DNA of 64,000 bases from a virus, in the IMG/VR virus record IMGVR_UViG_3300021961_000025. The stretch is one strand, 5' to 3'. The first letter of the stretch is position 1. Each line of letters opens with the position of its first letter. Of the stretch, positions 8,242 through 16,928 are shown piece after piece. The position numbers and the translations under genes are program-made. The notes beneath the pieces were generated by a model, which did not search any database, was not told where the DNA came from, and worked only from the letters and a program-made list of their open reading frames with translations.

Positions 8242-8789
8242 AAATACCACACAAACCATTTACTGAAGAGAACTGGCAACGTAGACTTCCATTGAAAGGA
8301 CACGTTCCTATTGATCAATCTTTGATTAATAAAGAAATGATTGATTGGTTTGAAATGAAAGGTATGTGGATTAAAAATGTGGATGTCTTTTGTAGTCCTC
8401 CAGGATTTAGATTACCTATTCACGTAGACGGAAAGAAAATTGATCATTGTTGCGCAATTAATTGGGCATATTGTGATGAGTTGGGTGCACTTATGGAGTG
8501 GTGGAAACCTAAATCAGATGTTATAAGAACAGTAACTCCAGGAACAGAAAAGACTGCATACAATATAACTACAACACCTTATGCATTTGCATGGTCAGAT
8601 GATGAGTGTGATAAAGTTTTTGAATCGGAAGTAAAGCAACCCTCTCTAGTTAATATTGGTCAACCACATGCTATGACCAATCATACAAACAGTCAGCGTT
8701 TTGCAATTAGTATTACTTTCCGTAATTTTAATGGAGTCGATATGCAATTTGAGGAAGCACATGCAAGATTACAACCACACCTACTTTAG
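8223..8789 (+). CDS. Cupin/Fe(II) oxygenase-like protein, family A copy 4
   Basis: IHVDG...AINW...PSLVNIGQPH...RFAIS. Confidence 0.7.
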   Translation: MFIAHLEIPHKPFTEENWQRRLPLKGHVPIDQSLINKEMIDWFEMKGMWIKNVDVFCSPPGFRLPIHVDGKKIDHCCAINWAYCDELGALMEWWKPKSDVIRTVTPGTEKTAYNITTTPYAFAWSDDECDKVFESEVKQPSLVNIGQPHAMTNHTNSQRFAISITFRNFNGVDMQFEEAHARLQPHLL

Positions 8790-9345
8790 AAATTTAAAAT
8801 TAGACTTTGATCCTTTTAGTGACAAGTACGTTTTTCCAGAAAGCCAAACTCAGAAAGCTAAATACACAGACCATATCGACAATCGAGAACTTATTAATCC
8901 AAAGTTAATTGATTGGGCGACGAGTATTGGTTTAGGTGTTACAAGAATAGAGAGATTCAGTAGCAATCCAAACTATCGTATGTATATACATACTGATAAT
9001 CATGATTGGATTGACAATTTGGTTAAGATCATTTGGTGTTATTGTCCTACCAATGATCATCGTATGACTTGGTACACACTTAAAGACGAATCGTGGTACG
9101 AAGTTATTACAAACAATGATAGTGGTGGAACCATGATGTTTCCAGACTTTAATTGCGTTGAAGAGGTAAGCACTACAATAATGCCCAACTCTCCAATACT
9201 TGCAAATACTGGTCAACCACACAATATAGAAAACGGACAAAATTACAGGCATGTTGTATGTGCATGGTTTCATACTTTAAAAAATCCACAGATTGACTTG
9301 CAATGGGATCTTGCGGTAAAATGTATGAAAGAATTTATTATTTAA
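8761..9345 (+). CDS. Cupin/Fe(II) oxygenase-like protein, family A copy 5
   Basis: IHTD...KIIW...LANTGQPH...RHVV; start at ATG 8761 with GAGG SD. Confidence 0.7.
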   Translation: MQDYNHTYFRNLKLDFDPFSDKYVFPESQTQKAKYTDHIDNRELINPKLIDWATSIGLGVTRIERFSSNPNYRMYIHTDNHDWIDNLVKIIWCYCPTNDHRMTWYTLKDESWYEVITNNDSGGTMMFPDFNCVEEVSTTIMPNSPILANTGQPHNIENGQNYRHVVCAWFHTLKNPQIDLQWDLAVKCMKEFII

Positions 9346-9355
9346 AGAGCAAATT

Positions 9356-10531
9356 ATGAAAAAATGTTATGTTGTTGGTTATGGGATGATTGATTCCTTA
9401 GGAAATAATCCAGTGGATTGTTTCGCTAAAATGCTTGATCCTATCGACTACTCGTCGGAACTACCAAGACTAAAAGAAGAAAATTTTCCAGTTTATCGTG
9501 GAGCGATTTTTGATCCAGAAACGATAGTTATGCCTGAGGACTTTGATCCAAAAATGGCGAGGACTTTGACTAACGCACAAAAGATGATGTTGCATGCTAC
9601 TGATCAAGCACTAGCAATGTCACGATTACCTCATCACTATGATGTAGCTGTGCTTATGTCGTCAGTTTCTAATGATACAGAATTCTTAGAGCAAAATTAT
9701 AATGCGATTAAGGATAACAGAAGAGTAAACCCAAGACAGTCTGCGAATCGAATTCCAGACATGGGATGTTCACACATAACATCACATTATCAATTCATGG
9801 GTTTATCGACCGCAGTATTTGCTAGTTGTGCAACTGGTTTGGTCGGTATCGATTATGCAATGCGTCTCGTAGATGAATACGAGTATGTTGTTGTAGGTGG
9901 TGCCGATGCTGGTTGCTTTCCGATGGCTATCAAATACTTTAACACTATGGGAGCAGTTGCCAATCATAGTATGCCTTTCGATGATAATCGTAAGGGATTT
10001 CTAATGGGAGATGGCTGTGGGGTTATGATTTTACAATCGGAGAAAAATGTAAAGAAATATGGTAGCACTGTCCATGCGACACTTTATCCAACTGGATGTG
10101 CTAGTGATGCTATGGATATGACGAGTCCTGCGAACGATGGTCGTGGTGCTAGAATCTCTATGGCAAAAGCAATGGAACACGTAGACAAAGTAGATTATGT
10201 ATGTGCGCATGCGACATCTACTTTTGTTGGCGATCCCATTGAATATGAAACTGTAGTTAGCTTTGTGGGTGATACTCCTATTTGGGCACCAAAGTCTAAG
10301 ATCGGACACACACTTGCTGCTGCTGGAATACTTGAGGGAATCTATTCCATTCTTGCGATGCAACATGGTATTGTACCTCATATTCAAAACCTCACAAATG
10401 CCTCTCTCGACACAAAGGACTTGCTCGTACGAGAGAATCAAACAAACTCGAACAAATGCTTGAGAACGCTTAACAATTCTTTTGGCTTTGGAGGTAAATG
10501 CGTTTCTCAGGTAATTGAGGTAAACAAATGA
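9356..10531 (+). CDS. Beta-ketoacyl synthase (FabF/FabB-like stand-alone ketosynthase)
   Basis: Catalytic Cys (ASCATG), His (AHATST), His (KSKIGHTL), PFD..RKGF, NSFGFGG. Confidence 0.93.
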   Translation: MKKCYVVGYGMIDSLGNNPVDCFAKMLDPIDYSSELPRLKEENFPVYRGAIFDPETIVMPEDFDPKMARTLTNAQKMMLHATDQALAMSRLPHHYDVAVLMSSVSNDTEFLEQNYNAIKDNRRVNPRQSANRIPDMGCSHITSHYQFMGLSTAVFASCATGLVGIDYAMRLVDEYEYVVVGGADAGCFPMAIKYFNTMGAVANHSMPFDDNRKGFLMGDGCGVMILQSEKNVKKYGSTVHATLYPTGCASDAMDMTSPANDGRGARISMAKAMEHVDKVDYVCAHATSTFVGDPIEYETVVSFVGDTPIWAPKSKIGHTLAAAGILEGIYSILAMQHGIVPHIQNLTNASLDTKDLLVRENQTNSNKCLRTLNNSFGFGGKCVSQVIEVNK

Positions 10532-10878
10532 GTTGGGGATATCACCTAATCATTGATTGTAAGGCATGCGAAAAAAACTTTAAAGAACCAGATATTATGA
10601 AAAAATTTGTCGCAACATTACTAGAAAAAATAAAAATGAATGCTTGGGGTGAGTGTCAAGTTGAACACTTCGCAGAAAAACCAGAGATTGCTGGTTGGAC
10701 TGTTATTCAACCATTGACGACAAGCACATTAACAATGCATTTCTTGGATAATTCAGGAGATCTATACTTTGATCTTTTCAGTTGTAAGAAATTTGATATT
10801 CAAGAAGTCGTGGATCACTTAGCTGAGTATTTTGCTCCAGTTAATATTCGTCCATTCTATCTTGAAAGGAGTGCCTAA
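10528..10878 (+). CDS. speD: S-adenosylmethionine decarboxylase proenzyme (pyruvoyl type)
   Basis: WGYHLIIDC, GWTVIQPLTTSTLTMH, YFDLFSCKKF typical of short phage/bacterial SAMDC. Confidence 0.82.
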   Translation: MSWGYHLIIDCKACEKNFKEPDIMKKFVATLLEKIKMNAWGECQVEHFAEKPEIAGWTVIQPLTTSTLTMHFLDNSGDLYFDLFSCKKFDIQEVVDHLAEYFAPVNIRPFYLERSA

Positions 10879-10880
10879 TT

Positions 10881-11351
10881 TTGCTAACACCAAAAGAAGC
10901 ACTAATGAGGTGGCTTAATAGAATCCAGATACCTCAAGAAAAGTTATCTGGATTTGCCATCTGTCCATTTAGTAAACAGATTCGTGGAGAACCTGCAATG
11001 ATCTCTACATTAGTAGAAGATATTGTTCCACCAAAAGTAAGCGAAATTAAAAAGATTCTAGTTTATCATATTCTTGATGAGGATATTACTATTGAAGAAC
11101 TAGAGAATGAAGTGTTTATATTGAATTCTAAATATAAACCAGAGTTACTATTTTTAGGCGATCATATGGATCGTGATACATATATTAATGGTGTTCAAAC
11201 TAATAATGGACATTATAACTTTATACTGTGCCAACCACTAGATGATTTGAGAAGTGCAAGAAAAGTACTTGCTAAAACTCCATATTACTCTTACTGGGAT
11301 GACGAGTATTTAAAAGAAATCTTAGGAGAAGATTATGGCAGTTTGGACTGA
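10881..11351 (+). CDS. DUF1415-like protein
   Basis: W......GFAICPF N-terminal motif; C-terminal L.KT.YY.YW. Confidence 0.55.
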   Translation: MLTPKEALMRWLNRIQIPQEKLSGFAICPFSKQIRGEPAMISTLVEDIVPPKVSEIKKILVYHILDEDITIEELENEVFILNSKYKPELLFLGDHMDRDTYINGVQTNNGHYNFILCQPLDDLRSARKVLAKTPYYSYWDDEYLKEILGEDYGSLD

Positions 11352-12423
11352 TTACGACCCACTAAAAGAAATTATTGTTGGTAGTTGCCCAACAGCAGAA
11401 TACTTCAAAGCATTCCTACCTGATGATGTAATTGCTGCACTTACACCAATCCTTAAAGAAACCAAAGAAGATCTAGATAATATGCAACGAGTGTTTGAAT
11501 CACTCGGTGTTAAAGTATATCGTCCTAAGATTTTACCATTTCAACAGAATTTAAAACTTCCTGGATTCTCAATTAAAAATGCTATTGCACCTATTGTTCC
11601 TCGTGATCAATACTTGGTGTATGGTGATACTATTATCCAATCATATACTTCAATGCCAGATCGTTGGCTTGAGGGATTATGTTTCTATGATATCTTCAAC
11701 GAAAAGTTTGACGAAGGATATAATTGGATAAGTGTACCACCACCTGTTATTAAAAACTTCCCTTCAAATACTTCTTGGTTTACTCATGGTGGCGATCGTT
11801 ATAAGATCGAAATGAAAGATAAACTACTCTGGCATGCAGCAACAATGTTTAAAATTGGCGACAGTTTAATTGTCAATAATCAAGGTCCAGGAACTCAAAA
11901 AGGATATGAGTGGTTTAAACGTCAGTTACCTCAAACCAAATTTGTAGATAACATTAAGAAACCACATCGTGGATGGGGACATATTGATCAATACTTCTTT
12001 TTAGTTAATGATACTACTTGTTTCTGTACTGATGAGAATTATGTTCCAGAAGCAATTAGACAAAATCCAAATATCAAAGTCCATTCATTTGGGCATTTGA
12101 TTAAAGATGTTGATCTTAACTCTTACGATGATAATCTAGTTGCAAGCGATGGTAAATTTACCAAAGGCTGGATTGATGAATGGGTTGGTGAATGGAGAGG
12201 GTTTGCACAAGACGTTGCTTTTGATAGTAACGTTGTTGTAGTAGATGAAAAGAATATCGTTATAAGTAACGAACAGCCAAAACTACAAGAGTGGTTATTA
12301 AAGAATCACGGAGTAACTGCTCACGTTGCAAAACAGAGACAAGGTGGTTTCTGGGATGGTGGCGTTCATTGTTTAACGCTAGATATTAAGCGTGATGGAG
12401 TATCAAGAAATGTCTTGGGTTAA
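11335..12423 (+). CDS. Amidinotransferase (glycine/inosamine amidinotransferase family)
   Basis: WTDYDPLKEIIVG, PRD, GHID, GGVHC.TLD pentein-fold motifs. Confidence 0.88.
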   Translation: MAVWTDYDPLKEIIVGSCPTAEYFKAFLPDDVIAALTPILKETKEDLDNMQRVFESLGVKVYRPKILPFQQNLKLPGFSIKNAIAPIVPRDQYLVYGDTIIQSYTSMPDRWLEGLCFYDIFNEKFDEGYNWISVPPPVIKNFPSNTSWFTHGGDRYKIEMKDKLLWHAATMFKIGDSLIVNNQGPGTQKGYEWFKRQLPQTKFVDNIKKPHRGWGHIDQYFFLVNDTTCFCTDENYVPEAIRQNPNIKVHSFGHLIKDVDLNSYDDNLVASDGKFTKGWIDEWVGEWRGFAQDVAFDSNVVVVDEKNIVISNEQPKLQEWLLKNHGVTAHVAKQRQGGFWDGGVHCLTLDIKRDGVSRNVLG

Positions 12424-13021
12424 CGCTAAAACCTATACACATTATGCAGATTTAGAAAAAGCAATTCCTATTGTTGTAGAAGAAACACAACAATGGATGA
12501 AGCATAATCACGATATTGTTGGTGTTACGGTAAATACCTTTGGAGTAAATAGTAAAGAAGATTTAACCGAAGTCCCTGTTACACCAGAAGAGTATAAGCA
12601 TATGGATGACTGGAGAGTTTTACCTATGCTTTATGCGAAAGAGTGGAATCGACATGTATTTCCAAAGTCGCACTTTTTGCTTGCTCCACTTCCAGGACTG
12701 TATCAAGCATTAGTAAATTTTGTTGTTCCTGGAGGAAGGATTGCGAAACATCGTGACACAGGAAACTGGGACAGGATTGAAGAACACTATGGGATTCGTA
12801 TTGATGGTTATAGTGTGGTACTTAATCTTAACATCGCTATGAGTGATAAGAAAGAAAAAACAGTAGGTATGGAAGTTGGTGGATTTGAAAAGTATCCACT
12901 AACTGGAGAGATCGTCGCATTTGATGGTCGTTCAACAGCACATAGTATGTGGAATTTAACAGATCAATGGCGAGTTACTGCTGTACTTGACTTTGATAAG
13001 AGGTATTTCAATGTGGATTAA
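12410..13021 (+). CDS. Asp/Asn beta-hydroxylase-like 2OG-Fe(II) dioxygenase, family B copy 1
   Basis: PGGRIAKHRD...FDGRSTAHSMWN.TDQWRVTAVLD. Confidence 0.78.
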   Translation: MSWVNAKTYTHYADLEKAIPIVVEETQQWMKHNHDIVGVTVNTFGVNSKEDLTEVPVTPEEYKHMDDWRVLPMLYAKEWNRHVFPKSHFLLAPLPGLYQALVNFVVPGGRIAKHRDTGNWDRIEEHYGIRIDGYSVVLNLNIAMSDKKEKTVGMEVGGFEKYPLTGEIVAFDGRSTAHSMWNLTDQWRVTAVLDFDKRYFNVD

Positions 13022-13724
13022 TGTAAAGAAGTATAAACACTACGACAAGTTATTGGAGATTATTCCATTAGCACAACAAGACTTTGCTAATTGGAAAGAC
13101 AAATACAAATACGAAGATCGTATGCAGGTATTAAAGTTTGAACATCCAGATGTTTATCCTGAATTAAAAGGAACATCTACAAGCAGTGATCTTTATCACC
13201 GACCAGAAAGTATTCCAGATCGACCAAATCCAAAAGAGAATTGGTTCTGCGATCCTTGCAGTACAGACACTGGTAAGAAGATTGGTCCAGCATTTCAAGA
13301 CTGGAAACTATCAGCACCTAAAATTTTAGAACTTCCAGGATTTGTTCAACACCTTGTTAACTTTGTTAAGCCACATAGTAGCTTACCACCACACGATGAC
13401 TTGGGTGGATGGGTAAGACTATCAAAAGATACTGGAAGAGAATTAAATGGATTTAGTGTAGTATTAGGACTAGATACAGTAAAGAATAAAGACCAAATGG
13501 GTATTATGTTTAATAACGTTTGGACTGGCAATAAAGATCCACGTGCATGGGGTATTGGCGAGTGGGTTGCATTTGAGGGTAAAACTCATTTTCACGATGT
13601 GTTTAATAGAACAGATCAATGGCGAGTTACTGTCGTTGTAGATATTGAATACGATCAGTTTGATTTAAGTGATGAAGAGTTAGACTATTTACAAAATCGT
13701 TGGAGAACTTATAAACCTGTATGA
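13011..13724 (+). CDS. Asp/Asn beta-hydroxylase-like dioxygenase, family B copy 2
   Basis: PHSSLPPHDD...W..GEWVAFEGKTHFHDVFN.TDQWRVTVVVD. Confidence 0.78.
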   Translation: MWINVKKYKHYDKLLEIIPLAQQDFANWKDKYKYEDRMQVLKFEHPDVYPELKGTSTSSDLYHRPESIPDRPNPKENWFCDPCSTDTGKKIGPAFQDWKLSAPKILELPGFVQHLVNFVKPHSSLPPHDDLGGWVRLSKDTGRELNGFSVVLGLDTVKNKDQMGIMFNNVWTGNKDPRAWGIGEWVAFEGKTHFHDVFNRTDQWRVTVVVDIEYDQFDLSDEELDYLQNRWRTYKPV

Positions 13725-13894
13725 AAAAAACAATAATAAAAATATTAGATGTAACTAAAGATATACTAGAGTGGTGGATTTACTGGGTGTTTTATGTAGT
13801 AGCTGTTCCACTTTTCTTCGGTGGACTAGCTGTAATATGGACGATAGATCAAGCGATGGAATTAATAAAGAAAATTTATAAACGTTATAGGTAG
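13721..13894 (+). CDS. Small membrane protein (57 aa) inside the cluster
   Basis: Not in track; ATGA overlap; MKKTIIKILDVTKDILEWWIYWVFYVVAVPLFFGGLAVIWTIDQAMELIKKIYKRYR; ends 3 nt before next ATG. Confidence 0.6.
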   Translation: MKKTIIKILDVTKDILEWWIYWVFYVVAVPLFFGGLAVIWTIDQAMELIKKIYKRYR

Positions 13895-13897
13895 AAA

Positions 13898-14482
13898 ATG
13901 TGGAGAAATTATAAAGATTATAAACACCATGGATTGCTTAGAGAAGTACATCAAGCAATGCATGCAGATTATCTAGATTGGATAAAAACTCATGATATTA
14001 GAAACAGTACTGTTAATGTGTTTAAGTATGAGTATCCTGAAGCAAAGCATCAATACGCAGACTCTTGGTGGGCGATACCTATTGCGCAGGGTGGTAAACT
14101 CGAACCCAATGACTGGAAAAGAACATCACCACTTGTAGAAAAACTTCCTGGATTACTACAGTGTGTTATTAATTTTATTGAACCACAAGGTGGACTACCA
14201 ATGCATAAAGACATGGGTAGTTGGCATCGTATTGAACAGGCTATCGGACGCAGAGTAACAGGATGGACGATTGGTATTGGTATCGATATGCCTAGTGAAT
14301 CACATAGAGAATTAGCAATTAAATTTCTTGAAGATGATATTGGAACATGCTATAAAAACGGAGAGTTCGTTTGTTTCGATGGACGTAATCATCTACACGA
14401 AGTTTGGAATAAAACAGACAAATGGCGAGTCAGTGCAGTAATTGATCTCGATGATAAGGAGTTTCGAAATGTGGTTGGGTGA
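13898..14482 (+). CDS. Asp/Asn beta-hydroxylase-like dioxygenase, family B copy 3
   Basis: PQGGLPMHKD...GEFVCFDGRNHLHEVWN.TDKWRVSAVID. Confidence 0.8.
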   Translation: MWRNYKDYKHHGLLREVHQAMHADYLDWIKTHDIRNSTVNVFKYEYPEAKHQYADSWWAIPIAQGGKLEPNDWKRTSPLVEKLPGLLQCVINFIEPQGGLPMHKDMGSWHRIEQAIGRRVTGWTIGIGIDMPSESHRELAIKFLEDDIGTCYKNGEFVCFDGRNHLHEVWNKTDKWRVSAVIDLDDKEFRNVVG

Positions 14483-15050
14483 TCCAATTCAATATAAGCA
14501 TTACACCAAATTACAAGATTTGATGACTGCGATGATGCAAGATCATCTTGAATGGAAAGAAAAATATACCATTGAGGAAAAATGCATTGACGCTGGATTG
14601 CGTTATAAAATGCCTGCAGAAAACACTGGTGGCTTTATGGCACTACCAGTAATTGACGCAAGAGAAATTAAAATGCCATGGGCAGAGGGATGGGATCGAA
14701 CTATGACTGCTGCCTTTGATTGTCCTGGAATGATTGATATGTGTATTAACTTCATTCGTCCAGGAATGATGTTACCTGTCCATCACGATGGGTATGTATG
14801 GGATTGGATTCGTAAATCGATGAACAATCCGAAATTATCTGGGTATACCATTTCTTTTGGTATTTCAATTCCTGAACCCAGTAAACAAGCACTAATCTTT
14901 GACGAAGAAAAACGTATTTGGAGTACTGGAGAGTTTCGTGCATTTAATGGGCACGACGTTCAACATCAACTTACAAATCGTTCGAAAGAACACTGGCGTG
15001 TAACTGCAGTGATGGAAGTCGAAGAAAAATATTTTGATCTGCAAGAGTAG
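14469..15050 (+). CDS. Asp/Asn beta-hydroxylase-like dioxygenase, family B copy 4
   Basis: PGMMLPVHHD...WSTGEFRAFNGHDVQH...WRVTAVME. Confidence 0.78.
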   Translation: MWLGDPIQYKHYTKLQDLMTAMMQDHLEWKEKYTIEEKCIDAGLRYKMPAENTGGFMALPVIDAREIKMPWAEGWDRTMTAAFDCPGMIDMCINFIRPGMMLPVHHDGYVWDWIRKSMNNPKLSGYTISFGISIPEPSKQALIFDEEKRIWSTGEFRAFNGHDVQHQLTNRSKEHWRVTAVMEVEEKYFDLQE

Positions 15051-15090
15051 CAAAACGTATAATCATACTAAATAATTTTATAGGAGTTTT

Positions 15091-15402
15091 ATGATGGCTT
15101 ATGTATTGGTAGATGCAATTTCTCAATTCCGTATTCGTTATGCAGTTAAAGTTCCTGATGAGATCTCTGACAAAGAGAAACTTGAATGGGCTAACGATTC
15201 AGTAACGTGTGAGGAATTAGAAGAGTTTAGTCAAGAGCATCTTGGTGAAGTGATTTCATCAACACGCATATTAACAGAGGGAGAAGTCTTATCAACATTT
15301 CGCTTAGATAATGATTATTTAAGTTCTTGGGGTGACGACTTAATCCTTAGTAAAATTCAATCAATTGATTCTGAAGGAACGTTGTCAAAACTCAAGACAT
15401 AA
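15091..15402 (+). CDS. Conserved hypothetical phage protein
   Basis: AGGAG SD; YVLVDAISQFRIRY, EFSQEHLGE. Confidence 0.7.
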   Translation: MMAYVLVDAISQFRIRYAVKVPDEISDKEKLEWANDSVTCEELEEFSQEHLGEVISSTRILTEGEVLSTFRLDNDYLSSWGDDLILSKIQSIDSEGTLSKLKT

Positions 15403-15432
15403 GAAAACCCATTAACTCACAAGAGGTTTAAA

Positions 15433-15660
15433 ATGTCTAAATCTGCTCGTAAAATAGATCTTACACCAACAGAAAAAGTAGCAATCTATGAATCTTTATT
15501 AATGTCAATAGATGAGGCTACTTGGAACAAGGAGAAATTAAATGACTATATCGCCAACATTTCGGACTGGGCAATGCAAAGAAAACTATATTACAGTGGA
15601 GAAGACAATACTAAGCGTGTTGAAGAATCAGTATACAATCTCTTAAAAACAAATCACTAA
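15433..15660 (+). CDS. Hypothetical protein
   Basis: GAGG SD. Confidence 0.65.
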   Translation: MSKSARKIDLTPTEKVAIYESLLMSIDEATWNKEKLNDYIANISDWAMQRKLYYSGEDNTKRVEESVYNLLKTNH

Positions 15661-15675
15661 AAACAAGGTTATATT

Positions 15676-15882
15676 ATGACACTACCGATTGAACGTCGTA
15701 ATGCAGTAATTAACACAGAAGCATTCTTGCTCGACTTATGTAATCCCAAAAGGACACCACGTGTTCCTAGCGAGATACGAAGTCGAGCAAGATCTTTATT
15801 AAGGCATTACCCACATCGTTACGATATGGAAATTGCTGGAGAGCAAGCACCTAAAGTATTTGGAGAACATTATGAAAGTTAA
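15676..15882 (+). CDS. Conserved hypothetical phage protein (MTLP.ER...TPRVP...LLRHYP family)
   Basis: Motif recognition; AAGG SD. Confidence 0.7.
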   Translation: MTLPIERRNAVINTEAFLLDLCNPKRTPRVPSEIRSRARSLLRHYPHRYDMEIAGEQAPKVFGEHYES

Positions 15883-16333
15883 CATTGGAAACTATACAAA
15901 TCGTTGGTATAGTGAGTCAGATATTTTACAGTGGATATATAATCATACCATTAATCTTTATCTTGACACAAGAGTTCAAAAAGTAAAAGTTCATATTGAT
16001 CGGTGGGACACTTGGAGTATGGATCATACTCTGGCACATATTGTTGTTCCAATGCTCGTGCAATTAAAAGAGTCCAAGCATGGTGCTCCCTTTGTAGATG
16101 ACAAAGACGTACCAGCAGAATTACGAAGCACTAATTGTCCACCAAAAGAAAACCCATGGGATACAGACGCCAATCACTTCAAACGTTGGGATTGGGTAAT
16201 GGATGAAATGATCCATGCTTTCCAAAGTAAACTAGATGATGATTATATGTGGCGTCCAACAGATAAACAATATAAAAGAATTAGGAATGGATTCCGTCTC
16301 TTTGGCAAATATTATGATGCACTTTGGGATTGA
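15872..16333 (+). CDS. Conserved hypothetical T4-like phage protein
   Basis: RWDTWSMDHTLA...LFGKYYDALWD; start at 15872 with GGAG SD. Confidence 0.75.
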   Translation: MKVNIGNYTNRWYSESDILQWIYNHTINLYLDTRVQKVKVHIDRWDTWSMDHTLAHIVVPMLVQLKESKHGAPFVDDKDVPAELRSTNCPPKENPWDTDANHFKRWDWVMDEMIHAFQSKLDDDYMWRPTDKQYKRIRNGFRLFGKYYDALWD

Positions 16334-16364
16334 ATTGCAAGAATGAAAGGAGTATAATACACTT

Positions 16365-16556
16365 ATGGATTGGTTAAAAGAAATAGAAAGACTTGAAGCG
16401 AGTGAAAGCGAAGAAACACGATCTGCTGCAATAGTACTAAGATCTCTATATCTAGAGAATCAAAGAATGAGAAAGTTTAATGCGGACATCTCTAAAGCGA
16501 ATCAAGATCTAAATGAAGAATTACAAAGAATTATTAAACAAGCACAATCGAGGTAA
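16365..16556 (+). CDS. Hypothetical coiled-coil protein
   Basis: ORF after a TATAAT box. Confidence 0.6.
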   Translation: MDWLKEIERLEASESEETRSAAIVLRSLYLENQRMRKFNADISKANQDLNEELQRIIKQAQSR

Positions 16557-16559
16557 CAA

Positions 16560-16928
16560 ATGATTAATGATGTACAAACGTGGATTGAAAATGCTGGGCA
16601 AACTACTAACACCGATAATGAAGCACAGCGTAATCTCTATGCAAAACTTATTACAGAGGAGTACGGAGAGTTCGTATCTGCTTTTGTAGATGGAGATGAT
16701 ACCGAACAACTAGATGCAGTTTGTGATCTTATCTGGGTAACTATCGGTTATGCACTATCTCGAGGATGGGATATCAATGGAGCGTTTCAAGAGGTAGTTC
16801 GAAGTAACTTCTCGAAGTTCGATCCAGCTACTGGAATGCCTATTAAGAACGAAGAAACAGGCAAAATTATGAAGTCCGAGTCGTTCTCTCCCCCAAATTT
16901 ATCACCTTTTTTGTCTAAAACCCTGTAA
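16560..16928 (+). CDS. MazG-like / PRA-PH family nucleotide pyrophosphohydrolase
   Basis: LITEEYGEF...EQLDAVCDL...EVVRSNFSK...GKIMK. Confidence 0.85.
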   Translation: MINDVQTWIENAGQTTNTDNEAQRNLYAKLITEEYGEFVSAFVDGDDTEQLDAVCDLIWVTIGYALSRGWDINGAFQEVVRSNFSKFDPATGMPIKNEETGKIMKSESFSPPNLSPFLSKTL

